Source: Bacteroidales bacterium
GTDB taxonomy: Bacteria; Bacteroidota; Bacteroidia; Bacteroidales; JAIPAH01
Direction: 5' to 3'
DNA length: 64,000 bases
Assembly (NCBI GenBank): GCA_021738485.1
Contig: JAIPBX010000001.1
Location: 4,702 to 68,701, forward strand
A program made the position numbers and the translations under genes. The notes under the pieces are model-generated. The model made no database searches and was not told the origin of the DNA. It saw only the letters and a list, made by a program, of their open reading frames with translations. Below, piece after piece: positions 16,693 through 26,908 of this stretch; position 1 is the first letter of the stretch, and every line of letters starts with the position of its first letter.

Positions 16693-19119
16693 TTACTCCC
16701 ACTTCACCGCATCCACCATATTGCCATTAGCGGCTCGTACGGTATGGTAGCTGATAGATAACAATCCGATAACTACAGAAGCAATTCCGGCTATGGCAAA
16801 GGCAGGCCAGGAGATATCTATCGCATACACGAAGTTGTTTTGCAGCCAGTTATCAAGCCCCCACCAGGTAAGTGGAGCGGCCAGAGCAAACCCGATGAGA
16901 ATAAGCATGGCGAATTCTTTATACAGCAAAACCAGGATATTGGGAACCGACGCCCCCACCACTTTGCGTATGCCGATTTCTTTTGTTTTTTGCTCGGCAA
17001 TGAAGGATGACAGTCCGAGTAACCCGATGAGTGCTATGAGCACCGTGATTACCGTGGCAATGTGGAAGATGACGCCGGTTTTTTGTTCGGTTTCATACAT
17101 CTCGTCCAGCGACTGGTCAAGAAACTGGTATTCAAAGGGCCTTTTCGCTCCCATTTCATGCCATTTTTCTTCGATAAAGCTCAGGGTAGATGCGTTGTTT
17201 CTGCCGTTGGTTTTTACGGTGATTAGACCCTTCGAAATGTCGTCGTGGATAAACATCATCAGCGGCTGAACCTTGTTGTGGAGTGAGTTGTAGTGATAGT
17301 CTTCGATAACGCCGATGACCTTCAGCACACGGCCACCCTCCCCCTGCGGGTTGAACCCCCAATGAATTTTTTTACCAATAGGCTCTTCCCAGCCATACTG
17401 TTTTACCGTGGTTTCATTCACGACCACTGCCTCAGTGGCATCGGTGCCCATGTCCTTCCTGAAAAAGCGTCCTTTTACCACGTCAATATCATAGGTCTCC
17501 AGGTAATCGTAATCCGGAATGCAGATGATCATGGCATCATCAATCATTTCCGTCTCTTTTTCCATTCGGACCACCTGAATCCAGCCGGTTTGCCCCGGTA
17601 CGCCGGTTGCCGTGGTTGCATTCACAATGTTCGGATGACTCAGCAGCTCTTTTTTGAAGGTTTCGCCGCGACTTCGGAAGGTGGAGTCCTGCAGCTCCAT
17701 AACGATCATGTTTTCTTTCTGGAAGCCTAGGTCTTTATTGCGCAGGAAGCTTAACTGGTTGGAAATAACCAGCGTCCCTATAATCATCATAATGGCAATC
17801 CAGAATTGGATGACGACGAGCAGTTTACGCAACCGGCCACTTCCTCCGGCTTTACCCGACATGGTTCCTTTAAGCACTTTAGACGGATTGAAGGACGACA
17901 GGTAGAAAGCGGGATAACTGCCCGCCATTAATCCGATAATCAATGCCGTCCCAATGACTTCCAGCCACAGGCCGATGTTAAACAATGCCGAATATTCCAG
18001 CTCTTTACCTATCAGCGTCTGGAAACTCGGGAACAAAAGGTAAACCACTAAAAAGGCAATGACCAGTCCAACTGCCGTAAGGATAACCGATTCGCTGAGA
18101 AACTGGTTGATGAGTTGTTTGCGGTGTGCCCCCGCCACTTTCCGGATGCCCACTTCTTTAGCTCGCTTCACCGAACGGGCCGTAGCCATGTTCATGTAGT
18201 TGATAGCTGCGATAATCAAAATAAAAAGTCCGACTGCCGAAAAAATGTAGAGATACATTTTATTTCCCTTGGGCTCATCGGCCGAATAATTACCTTCGAA
18301 GTGCGTATCGGCCAGGGGCGTAGACATCAACGTGAAGGATGAGTTGATTTGGTCGCCGATAGATTTCATGTACTTATCATAAAACGAAGGGAACTTATTG
18401 TGAATGGCATCGATGGATGTATTTTCCTTTAGCAGGACATACGCGTAGACTCCAATGTTCCAGAAACTAACAGGCTCCGTGGTGTTGAAACGTTCTTCGC
18501 CCATACGTGCAGCCAGGGTGGTAGCCGAAAAAAGCCCGTCGAATTTCAGGTGGGAATTGGCCGGTAAGTCTTCGATTACACCGGTAACCTTAAACTGATT
18601 GTTCTCTGCATCCAGCAGGATTTTACCCAGTGGATTTTCATCTTCAAAATATTTCTTTGCCTTTGATTCGGTCAGCACTACCGTATTGGGTTCGACCAGG
18701 GCGGTTTTAGGATTTCCCAGAATCATCGGGTGCGAAAAAACAGCAAAAATTGTAGAGTCGGCAAAAAAGAAATCCTTTTCGTACGATTCCTTGTTTTCGT
18801 ATCGAAGGAGTTGATTACCGGCATCCGAAAACCTGACAAAACTTTCTATTTCCGGGAATTCTGTCTTCAGCGTCGGGGCCATGGGGATGGGCACGATACC
18901 AAACTGATCGTTCTTGCCGGAGATGGTAAAATTGGATTCCAGCCGGTGAATGCGGTCATGTTTTTCATGATATTGGTCATAACTGGCTTCGGTTCGCACA
19001 TAAATCAGAATTAAAATAAAGGCTGCCAGGCCGACCGTAAGGCCGATAATATTCAGAAAAGAGTAAAACTTGTTTTTGGTGAGACCTCTCAGGGCGGTTT
19101 TCAGATAGCTGATAATCAT
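16693..19119 (-). CDS. ABC transporter permease, double FtsX/MacB-type
   Basis: 808 aa. It has two FtsX modules (KEVGIRKVAGA..., KEIGIRKVVGAS...) and MacB-like periplasmic domains. An N-terminal TM follows LTKNKFYSFLNIIGLTVG. Confidence 0.85.
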   Translation of the reverse strand: MIISYLKTALRGLTKNKFYSFLNIIGLTVGLAAFILILIYVRTEASYDQYHEKHDRIHRLESNFTISGKNDQFGIVPIPMAPTLKTEFPEIESFVRFSDAGNQLLRYENKESYEKDFFFADSTIFAVFSHPMILGNPKTALVEPNTVVLTESKAKKYFEDENPLGKILLDAENNQFKVTGVIEDLPANSHLKFDGLFSATTLAARMGEERFNTTEPVSFWNIGVYAYVLLKENTSIDAIHNKFPSFYDKYMKSIGDQINSSFTLMSTPLADTHFEGNYSADEPKGNKMYLYIFSAVGLFILIIAAINYMNMATARSVKRAKEVGIRKVAGAHRKQLINQFLSESVILTAVGLVIAFLVVYLLFPSFQTLIGKELEYSALFNIGLWLEVIGTALIIGLMAGSYPAFYLSSFNPSKVLKGTMSGKAGGSGRLRKLLVVIQFWIAIMMIIGTLVISNQLSFLRNKDLGFQKENMIVMELQDSTFRSRGETFKKELLSHPNIVNATTATGVPGQTGWIQVVRMEKETEMIDDAMIICIPDYDYLETYDIDVVKGRFFRKDMGTDATEAVVVNETTVKQYGWEEPIGKKIHWGFNPQGEGGRVLKVIGVIEDYHYNSLHNKVQPLMMFIHDDISKGLITVKTNGRNNASTLSFIEEKWHEMGAKRPFEYQFLDQSLDEMYETEQKTGVIFHIATVITVLIALIGLLGLSSFIAEQKTKEIGIRKVVGASVPNILVLLYKEFAMLILIGFALAAPLTWWGLDNWLQNNFVYAIDISWPAFAIAGIASVVIGLLSISYHTVRAANGNMVDAVKWE

Positions 19120-19146
19120 GGGTAAATGGTTTTAATGCAATGGATT

Positions 19147-19830
19147 TTAAAGCGCTTGTTTGATGTTTTCGGTGACGATCTGGCCGTCAAACAGGTTGAT
19201 GGTTCTTCGGGCGTATTCGGCATCTGATGGGGAGTGGGTCACCATGACGATGGTGGTGCCGTTCTGGTTGAGCTGATCGAGAAGATTCATCACTTCTTCG
19301 CCATGGGCTGAGTCCAGGTTACCGGTAGGCTCGTCGGCAAGAATCAGTTTCGGACGGGCCACGATGGCTCGGGCTACGGCCGTTCGCTGCTGCTGCCCTC
19401 CGGAAAGCTGCAGCGGGTAATGCTTGCGGCGGTGCAGCATGCCCATTTGCTCCAGCACATCATCCACCCGCTTTTTCCGTTCTGAACCTTTAATTCCAAG
19501 GTAGATTAGCGGAAGCTCCACATTTTCGAAAACAGTCAATTCATCAATCAGATTAAAATTCTGAAAAACAAAACCAATGTTCGATTTACGTTTTTTGGCC
19601 CGTTGTTTCTCCCTTAGATTTGACACTTTTTCTTCCATAAAATAATACTCCCCGGTGGTGGGATTATCCAGCAGTCCCAGCAGGTTCAGAAGGGTGGATT
19701 TCCCGCATCCCGAAGGGCCCATAACGGCAACAAATTCTCCTTCGTCAACGCCAAACGAGACCTCGTTGAGAGCTGTGGTCTCCACCTCATCGGTGCGGAA
19801 TACTTTGGTCAGTTTATTGGTTTGAATCAT
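19147..19830 (-). CDS. ABC transporter ATP-binding protein (MacB/LolD-like)
   Basis: It has Walker A (GPSGCGKST), the signature LSGGQQQR, Walker B ([11 protein letters not shown]) and an H-loop (VTHS). Confidence 0.9.
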   Translation of the reverse strand: MIQTNKLTKVFRTDEVETTALNEVSFGVDEGEFVAVMGPSGCGKSTLLNLLGLLDNPTTGEYYFMEEKVSNLREKQRAKKRKSNIGFVFQNFNLIDELTVFENVELPLIYLGIKGSERKKRVDDVLEQMGMLHRRKHYPLQLSGGQQQRTAVARAIVARPKLILADEPTGNLDSAHGEEVMNLLDQLNQNGTTIVMVTHSPSDAEYARRTINLFDGQIVTENIKQAL

Positions 19831-19917
19831 GGTTATTTAGGTTTTTTCAATTCGACGATGATCCTTCGTTAAAGTTACATCCCGTCTCACAAAAAATCAT
19901 TTATTTTCGTAATTTTT

Positions 19918-20685
19918 CTACTCATATTTCAGCACGCTGCCGGGATTTAAGCGGCTTACGTTATAGGCTTTGACCGAAGTGATGATTAAAGTAAGCACAG
20001 CGGCAATACTTCCGCTCAGCAAATAAACCCAGAAATTCATACTGGTATGGTATGCAAAGTTTTTCAGCCAGTTGCTAAGCACAAGATAAGCCGCCGGCCA
20101 GGCTATAAAATTGGCTATCAGTACCAGCCACATGAATTCGCCGGTGATGATGCGGATTATATTACTAAGGGTGGCACCCAAAGTCCGGCGGATGCCAATT
20201 TCGCGGGTTCGCTGATCAGCCATAAAGGAAACCAATCCAAAAAGCCCGAGCACAGCAATAAGAATGGTTAAAAAAGTAAGTATTCCGGAAAGCGTGCTAA
20301 CTTTCTCCTCGTTGCTGTAAAGTTTGTCGATTTCCTGATCAAGAAATGTATAGTCAAACGGTCTTGAGGGTGCAAAGGCTTTCCATTTTTCTTCCAGGAA
20401 AGCAAGAATTTCTTTTTCGGATCCGGGAAGATACTTTACAGCAACCCATGCTGCAAAATACCTGATCTCCCAGTCATTCTCCTTCATGTTCAACACAAAA
20501 GGCTTTCGTTGACTGTGGAGGGATTTAACATTAAAATTTTTGAATACTCCCACAACTCGCTCCTGACCCCGCAGGGAGTGAAACTTTTTACCTATCGCCG
20601 ACTGATTATCGGGCCAGCCCATGTATTCCACCATGGCTTCATTGATAACTCGTAAACATTTTTTTAATCTTGTTTTAGTTTTCAA
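19918..20685 (-). pseudogene. C-terminal third of an FtsX/MacB-type permease (truncated paralog)
   Basis: 255 aa. It aligns by eye with the last ~250 aa of the 808-aa permease (VINEAMVEYMGW..IGKKF / PFDYTFLDQEIDKLY / REIGIRRTLGA). No room is left upstream for the missing ~550 aa. Confidence 0.6.
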
Positions 20686-20813
20686 AAAAGCTTCTATTTT
20701 TGTACCAATTTTTATAAAATGCAGCTAAAGAGAGGTTTAAGCGTTTCAGGATCATAAGCTCATGTACGTTATAAGTCAGTTGTACGTCCACAAGCGAACA
20801 CAGGGATAAAATC

Positions 20814-21125
20814 ATGAATAACGAGATTTTTTGGATCATTCTTTTACTTGCCAATTTTGGACTCATACTTTTATCCTACCGGATATTCGGAAAAACGAGA
20901 TTGTTTATCTGGGTGCCTATCGCAGCCATTGTGGCTAACATCCAGGTTATTCAAACCATACATCTTTTCGGATTTACAGCCATTGCTTTTATTGGCGTTT
21001 ATCCTACCGGCGTGCTTATAGAAATATTATTTACTACCTATTTTCTGAAATGGATAGTAGCTGCTGCGGATACCCCGTCTGTTTACGTTGCCAATATTAT
21101 CAAGTCCAGAAAATACGTCGGCTAA
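20814..21125 (+). pseudogene. yhhQ: queuosine-precursor transporter (YhhQ/VUT family) with large internal deletion
   Basis: The N-terminal ~55 aa (MNNEIFWIILLLANFGLILLSYRIFGKTRLFIWVPIAAIVANIQVIQTIHLFGFTA) and the C-terminal ~40 aa (..FLKWIVAAADTPSVYVANIIKSRK) resemble the two ends of ~220-aa VUT proteins. The middle is absent. Confidence 0.5.
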
Positions 21126-21214
21126 CGCAATTGCTCAAAGCCGGCATTGAGTTGATAGATTTTTTTCATGAAGGTAAAAGTCGGCTGTTTTGAATTCAGG
21201 ATTGTTTTATTTTT

Positions 21215-21550
21215 GTGAAAAAGCGCTTCATGAGTAAATCGAAAATCAAATTTAAATTCAACAAGAGCGAGGTTAAAGCGCTGTTTGATTTGTTAACGGC
21301 AGTCGATTTCAACCGCATCGAAGACCCGTCGAAACGAATCATGATTCGCTTTATCCTTGAAAAAGTTTACTTTAAGCTGGCCAAAAGGCTTACCCGTCAG
21401 TTTGACGAGACTTCCGTCAGCTTTAATGAGGCCGAATCCGTAGCCCTTTTTGAAGTACTCACCACCCTCGACGACCTCGATCTTCCCGATTATGAAAGAA
21501 TTGTAAAACACAATATTGTTACGGAGATTCATTCGAAGATGATTGTGTAG
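21215..21550 (+). CDS. hypothetical protein with internal duplication
   Basis: The frame opens at GTG 21215; the first ATG is at 21230. It has two ~45-aa repeats (FNKSEVKALFDLLTAVDFNRIEDPSKRIMIRF... and FNEAESVALFEVLTTLDDLDLPDYERIVKHN...). I did not recognise a family. Confidence 0.4.
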   Translation: MKKRFMSKSKIKFKFNKSEVKALFDLLTAVDFNRIEDPSKRIMIRFILEKVYFKLAKRLTRQFDETSVSFNEAESVALFEVLTTLDDLDLPDYERIVKHNIVTEIHSKMIV

Positions 21551-21575
21551 CTTTGCACCCATTTTTAATTTGAAG

Positions 21576-22931
21576 ATGATGAGTTTCCAAACCTATCTGC
21601 CATTTTACAAGAGAAACCTAAAAGTTGCCCTGCCGGTCATGCTTTCTCAAGCCGGTCAGGTTATGGTGCAACAGGTAGATAATATGATGGTAGGTAGGGT
21701 TGGAACGACCGAATTAGCGGCCGCCTCCTTTGCTAACTCGATTTTTATCATCGGCATGGTGATGGGCATGGGTTTTACTTTCGGGCTTACCCCACTGGCC
21801 GGTCATGCCTGGGCTGCCGGAAACCACAGGAAAGCCGCCTCGCTTTTCCGAAATTCTTTTCTAACGAACTTTGTGATGGCCATAGCACTTGCCGTCGTGC
21901 TTTACGGTTTGTCATTTTTTATGGAACACATGGGTCAGCCCCCGGAAGTGGTGGATGAAGCGGTGCCGTATTTCCGCATCCTGGTGATTTCGATGGTTCC
22001 TTTCCTGATGTATTTTACGTTTAAGCAATTTGTCGAAGGACTGGGCAACACGGCCATAGCCATGTACATCACACTATCGGCCAACCTGATCAACATCGGG
22101 TTGAATTACATTCTAATTTTCGGAAAGTTAGGTTCTCCGGCATTTGGTTTAAACGGAGCCGGCTACGCCACACTGATAGCCCGTGTTCTGATGCCAGCAT
22201 TCTTCCTGGTGGTTTTTCTCAAAAGAGATTGGCTTAAACGCTATTTTATTTTGATGCGGGATGCGATATTCCTGAAAAAGGAAATCCGAAATTTAATCCA
22301 TGTGGGGTACCCGATTTCCGGGCAAATGCTGCTGGAAGTGTCGGCATTTGCGCTAAGCGGAATTATGATGGGCTGGATAGGCGAAGTCCCGCTGGCAGCC
22401 CACCAGATCGCCCTGGGGCTGGCGAGTGTGACGTTTATGATCGTTACCGGAATTGCTTCAGGGACTACCATTCGGGTGTCGCACCAGTATAGCCGTGGAG
22501 ATTACAAAAACATGTACAAGGCGGCTATGGCCTCCGTCCATTTGGTGCTTGCGTTTATGGGTACTACAGCCCTGGCCTTTCTGATTTTCCGCGGATTTCT
22601 TCCGAAGATTTATACCCCCAATCCCGAAGTGATTGCCCTGGCGGCTCAGCTACTGATTATGGCCGCCATATTCCAGGTTTTTGACGGTATGCAGGTGGTG
22701 ATGCTAGGAGCTTTAAGGGGATTGGCAGACGTGAAAAAAGCTATGGTTCATGCCTTTTTTGCCTACCTGGTGGTGAATTTGCCGCTGGGATACTTGCTGA
22801 CATTTACGGCCAATGTAGGACCGGTGGGAATATGGATCGGTTTTGTTGCCGGATTGGGCATAGCGGCAGTTTTGTTTTTCATCCGTTTCAGAAAGCAGTA
22901 CCAGGTTCTTATCGGAAAAAATGTTCACTGA
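21576..22931 (+). CDS. MATE family efflux transporter
   Basis: It has 12-TM character. LKVALPVMLSQAGQVMVQQVDNMMVGRVG is the typical MatE N-terminus, and the motif recurs in the second half (GYPISGQMLLE). ATG 21576 is preferred over the track start at TTG 21543. Confidence 0.85.
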   Translation: MMSFQTYLPFYKRNLKVALPVMLSQAGQVMVQQVDNMMVGRVGTTELAAASFANSIFIIGMVMGMGFTFGLTPLAGHAWAAGNHRKAASLFRNSFLTNFVMAIALAVVLYGLSFFMEHMGQPPEVVDEAVPYFRILVISMVPFLMYFTFKQFVEGLGNTAIAMYITLSANLINIGLNYILIFGKLGSPAFGLNGAGYATLIARVLMPAFFLVVFLKRDWLKRYFILMRDAIFLKKEIRNLIHVGYPISGQMLLEVSAFALSGIMMGWIGEVPLAAHQIALGLASVTFMIVTGIASGTTIRVSHQYSRGDYKNMYKAAMASVHLVLAFMGTTALAFLIFRGFLPKIYTPNPEVIALAAQLLIMAAIFQVFDGMQVVMLGALRGLADVKKAMVHAFFAYLVVNLPLGYLLTFTANVGPVGIWIGFVAGLGIAAVLFFIRFRKQYQVLIGKNVH

Positions 22932-23060
22932 CGTACGATAAGTGTCTCACCTCGCACATAAATTATTTAGCCCCCGAGTTGCAACTTATTGTTTATTAGA
23001 CCGTTACGTAAAACGGTATAATCTCTGTATTTTTACATTCAAACTTAAAATCAAAAAATT

Positions 23061-23504
23061 ATGAAACAGATTATTGCAGCCCTCGCCGTATTAATTTCAT
23101 TTACAAGCGTTGCTCAAGATTTATCGAAGAAGCAGGAAGCCGTTAAGCAAGTTATTGAATCCGCTTATGTGAAGGCTATCCATAACAACGGAGAAATTGC
23201 AGCCATTGATGAAGGATTTCATCCGGGATTTGAAATGTTGATTAAAAACCGGAACGACGGCCTCTCTAAATACCCGATTTACAATTGGAGAGAAAGCGCT
23301 AAAAAGCGCAAGGCTAAAAATCCTGAAGGCCCTAAAGAAGAAACCACTGCCAAATACCCCATGATTGATGTCACCGACGACGCCGCAGTGGTTAAGGTGG
23401 AGCTCTACAAAAAGGATAAAAAGATTTTTACCGACTATATCAGCCTGTACAAATTCAAAGATGGCTGGAAAATCGTCGGAAAGATTTACCACAAGCATAG
23501 TTAA
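23061..23504 (+). CDS. secreted NTF2-like (putative lumazine-binding family) protein
   Basis: It has a signal peptide plus VIESAYVKAIHNNGE...IDVTDDAAVVKVELY...FTDYISLYKFKDGWKIVGKIY, the pattern of the SnoaL/lumazine-binding-like fold. Confidence 0.5.
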   Translation: MKQIIAALAVLISFTSVAQDLSKKQEAVKQVIESAYVKAIHNNGEIAAIDEGFHPGFEMLIKNRNDGLSKYPIYNWRESAKKRKAKNPEGPKEETTAKYPMIDVTDDAAVVKVELYKKDKKIFTDYISLYKFKDGWKIVGKIYHKHS

Positions 23505-23527
23505 TTCGGGGTTGATTTGATTTGGCT

Positions 23528-23575
23528 AACCCGCATGAGTGAGCATGGCGCTCTTCTTGTGCGGGTTTTTTATTT
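23528..23575 (+). terminator. rho-independent terminator
   Basis: The stem aacccgca / tgcgggtt is followed by ttttttatttg. Confidence 0.6.
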
Positions 23576-23687
23576 GATTATTGTTTGAAATTTGGGTATT
23601 GTTATTTGATATTTTTGAAAAGAAGGGTGAGATAAACATCTTAACCAATTAAATGTTAACAAAATGTGAAATTAAACCCAAAAAATT

Positions 23688-24677
23688 ATGGAATACATTA
23701 AAATACCCCGACTCGATATGGAAGCTTCCCGCATAGGCCTTGGAACCTGGGCCATAGGTGGCTGGATGTGGGGAGGCACCGATGAAAAGCAATCTATAGA
23801 AACTATTCATGCTGCTTTAGAAAAAGGAATAAATTTGATTGACACGGCAGCAGTTTACGGCTTCGGCAAATCGGAGGAAATTGTTGGAAAAGCCTTACAA
23901 CAAGGGAAAAAACCCAGAAATGAAATTATCCTGGCCACTAAAGGAGGGCTGGAATGGAAAGAGGATGAAAGCATCGTAAGAAATTCCTCCAAAGACCAGA
24001 TAAAAAAAGAAGTTGAAGACTCATTAAAACGACTGCAGACCGATTACATTGACATTTATCAAATCCACTGGCCGGACCACAACACCTCATTTGAGGAAAC
24101 GGCGTCTACACTTAAAGAGTTACAGAAGGAAGGTAAAATCAGAGCGATTGGGGTTAGTAATTACTCCGTGGAACAGATGGAGGAATTCCGTAAAACCGCG
24201 GAACTGGATACCCTGCAACCGCCCTACAATCTTTTTGAGAGAGAAGTGGAAAACAATGAGCTCCCATACTGCGAAAAGAACAACATCACCACCTTACTTT
24301 ACAGCAGCCTGTGCCGGGGATTGCTCACCGGTAAAATGAAGCCCGATTCAAAATGGGAAGGCGATGATCTGAGAAACGTGGATCCGAAGTTCCAAAACCC
24401 GCGATATGACCAATACCTTTACGCGGTACAGCAACTGGATGATTATGCCCGTCAGCATCACGCCAAGCGTGTGATTCACCTGGCAATACGTTGGATACTT
24501 CAGCAGCCCGGAGCGCATATTCCTCTTTGGGGCGGCCGGAAACCCGAACAAATGAGCCCGCTGGATGAAATGTTCGGCTGGGAACTGAATGAAACCGACC
24601 TTAAAGAAATCGATAAAATCATCGGGAATACCGTAAAAGACCCGGTAGGGCCGGAGTTTATGGCACCTCCGAAGTAG
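23688..24677 (+). CDS. aldo/keto reductase
   Basis: 329 aa. GLGTWAIGG, IDTAAVYGFGKSEEIVGKAL, YIDIYQIHWPD, IRAIGVSNYS and LQPPYNLFER form the classic AKR motif series. Confidence 0.9.
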   Translation: MEYIKIPRLDMEASRIGLGTWAIGGWMWGGTDEKQSIETIHAALEKGINLIDTAAVYGFGKSEEIVGKALQQGKKPRNEIILATKGGLEWKEDESIVRNSSKDQIKKEVEDSLKRLQTDYIDIYQIHWPDHNTSFEETASTLKELQKEGKIRAIGVSNYSVEQMEEFRKTAELDTLQPPYNLFEREVENNELPYCEKNNITTLLYSSLCRGLLTGKMKPDSKWEGDDLRNVDPKFQNPRYDQYLYAVQQLDDYARQHHAKRVIHLAIRWILQQPGAHIPLWGGRKPEQMSPLDEMFGWELNETDLKEIDKIIGNTVKDPVGPEFMAPPK

Positions 24678-24695
24678 GTTGGCAGAAGGCAGTTG

Positions 24696-24730
24696 GCAGT
24701 TGGCAGCCATTTTGAAAGGTTGCCGACTGC
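24696..24730 (+). terminator. 13-bp stem-loop immediately after the AKR gene (terminator-like, no clear U-tract)
   Basis: gcagttggcagcc-attttgaaa-ggttgccgactgc. The two non-Watson-Crick positions are G-U pairs only when read as plus-strand RNA. Confidence 0.4.
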
Positions 24731-24885
24731 ATATTGCCAACTCAAACACATGTAGATTTCCAAAAAAAACTTTCACTAACCCAAAAAACGACTATCTAAC
24801 CAATTCTTAATCTCTTCCTGCATCGATTGCATAAATATTTCATTATTTTTAAGATTTTAGTCTGATTTTTAAGAAATAATTGCTA

Positions 24886-24893
24886 TAATTTTG
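24886..24893 (+). promoter_or_regulatory. Bacteroidota -7 box (TAnnTTTG) upstream of the GH133 gene
   Basis: taattttg is an exact match to the consensus, 48 nt upstream of ATG 24941. Confidence 0.4.
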
Positions 24894-24940
24894 CATTTAA
24901 AAATAACGCTTTCAGAAAAATATAACGAACCAAAACCATC

Positions 24941-26887
24941 ATGAGCTACATCAATTTTGATAAAAACCAACTTATCAACCTGGAGTATTCCCTCAGCAAG
25001 GAGATGCTAAGAACCAGCCGTTCAGGAGCATATGCCTGCACTACCATTATCAACTGCAACACCCGAAAATACCACGGATTACTTGTGGCTCCTCAACCCA
25101 ACATCGACAACGAGCTACATGTGTTACTCTCCGCTTTTGACGAAACCATTATCCAGCGCGATACGGCTTTTAACCTGGGTATCCATAAATTTCCGGGAGG
25201 ATTTTACAAACCCGGAGGCCATAAATACATCCGGGACTTTGATTCCGAACCCATTCCGACGTTGATATATCGCGTAGGAGGTGTGGTTCTTAAAAAAGAA
25301 AGTCTTTTTACATTTAACACTTCCCGGTTAATGATTCGGTATACATTAATGGATGCTCATTCCGATACATATCTTCAGTTCAGACCTTTCATGGCATTCA
25401 GAGGAAGGCATTCGCTGAGCAAGGCAAACACCTACGTCAATAAAAAATTCCATCCGGCAAAAAACGGAATTCAATTGCAATTATACGACAGCTATACGCC
25501 TGTTTTCCTGCAATTTTCCAAAAACCCCGAATATGTGCATGTCCCTGATTGGTATTATAACATCGAATATTTCCGCGAGCAGGAACGGGGTTACGACTAT
25601 CAGGAGGACCTTTATGTACCGGGTTATTTTGAAATACCTATTAAAAAAGGGGAAAGTATTGTATTTACAGCCAGCCTGGATGAGGTGAATCCGGCTTCCC
25701 TGAAAAACATGTTCTACCGGGAAAAAAATAAGCGCATTCCCAGGGATAGCTTTGAGCACTGCCTCGAAAATTCGGCGGAACAATTCATTATCCAGGAGAA
25801 AGACAAGGCGGAAGTGGTGGCCGGATACCCTCGTTTTGGTATCAGGGGAAGAGATACTTTCATAGCCCTTCCGGGATTGACCCTTTCCCTTGATCGTCCC
25901 GCCATTTTCCACAAAGTGGTTAAGACAATGGTCAAAGCAATGAAAGGTCCTTTGTTTCCCAATGTCGGAGGGGTGTTAAAAGAAAAATTTGATTCAGCCG
26001 ATGCTCCGTTGTGGTATATTCGAAGCCTTCAGCAGCTTGCCGAGTACACCGGCGATGCCGCCAAAGTATGGAAAGATTACAAAAAACCAATTCAAACAGT
26101 TTTGAACGGTTACCTGGAAGGTACCGACTTTGACATTAAGGTACAGGAGGATGGTTTGGTATGGGCCGGTATTCAGGGAAAAGCAGTAACATGGATGGAT
26201 GCTTACGCAGAAGGCCAACCCGTTACTCCCCGCACAGGAATGACGGTTGAAATCAACGCCTTGTGGTACAACGCCCTGAAATTTGCCCTGGAGGCCGCCG
26301 AGAAAGCGGGCGACAAAACCTTTGTCAATCAATGGAAAGAGCAGGCGGAGACCTTCCCGGAAAGGTTTATGAATACGTTCTGGAACCAGGAGAAAGGGTA
26401 TCTTGCCGACTTTGTGGACCACCAGGAGTCCCACTGGGAAATCCGGCCCAATATGGTTATTGCTACCTCTCTGCCTTATACGCCGATTGATGAAGGCAAA
26501 AGAAGAGCCATTTTGCATGTAGTCCATGACCATTTGGTAACTCCAAGAGGCTTACGAACGCTTTCGCCGCGAAACCGAAATTACAAAGGTGAATACAAAG
26601 GAAATCAAAACCAGCGTCATCGGGCCTATCACCAGGGAACGGCCTGGCCCTGGATGCTGACACATTTTGCACAAGGGTATCTTAAAATTAACGGAGAACA
26701 GGGATTACCGCTCATAAAAGAATTATATCACGGATTTGAAGATGAGATGATTAATCATGGTATTGGAACAATTTCGGAGGTGTATTCCGGGAATCCCCCG
26801 CATGAAAGTGGCGGAAACATTTCACAAGCATGGAATGTCGCCGGACTGTTAAGAATCAGGGATTTGATTGAACAATATGAAAAATAA
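24941..26887 (+). CDS. glycogen debranching enzyme family protein (N-terminal GDE domain + amylo-alpha-1,6-glucosidase, GH133-like)
   Basis: 648 aa. TRKYHGLLVAP is typical of the bacterial GDE N-terminal domain. The C-terminal (alpha/alpha)6 part carries TWMDA...VEINALWYNAL and AYHQGTAWPW. Confidence 0.8.
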   Translation: MSYINFDKNQLINLEYSLSKEMLRTSRSGAYACTTIINCNTRKYHGLLVAPQPNIDNELHVLLSAFDETIIQRDTAFNLGIHKFPGGFYKPGGHKYIRDFDSEPIPTLIYRVGGVVLKKESLFTFNTSRLMIRYTLMDAHSDTYLQFRPFMAFRGRHSLSKANTYVNKKFHPAKNGIQLQLYDSYTPVFLQFSKNPEYVHVPDWYYNIEYFREQERGYDYQEDLYVPGYFEIPIKKGESIVFTASLDEVNPASLKNMFYREKNKRIPRDSFEHCLENSAEQFIIQEKDKAEVVAGYPRFGIRGRDTFIALPGLTLSLDRPAIFHKVVKTMVKAMKGPLFPNVGGVLKEKFDSADAPLWYIRSLQQLAEYTGDAAKVWKDYKKPIQTVLNGYLEGTDFDIKVQEDGLVWAGIQGKAVTWMDAYAEGQPVTPRTGMTVEINALWYNALKFALEAAEKAGDKTFVNQWKEQAETFPERFMNTFWNQEKGYLADFVDHQESHWEIRPNMVIATSLPYTPIDEGKRRAILHVVHDHLVTPRGLRTLSPRNRNYKGEYKGNQNQRHRAYHQGTAWPWMLTHFAQGYLKINGEQGLPLIKELYHGFEDEMINHGIGTISEVYSGNPPHESGGNISQAWNVAGLLRIRDLIEQYEK

Positions 26888-26908
26888 ACAAATAAAAAGA
26901 GTGTCCTG

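Noticed and set aside
20686-20813. Possible preQ1 riboswitch upstream of the YhhQ-like gene
   Set aside because: I looked for the short stem plus A-rich tail of preQ1-I. agagagg is present but has no complementary cctct, and there is no A-rich 3' tail in the right place.
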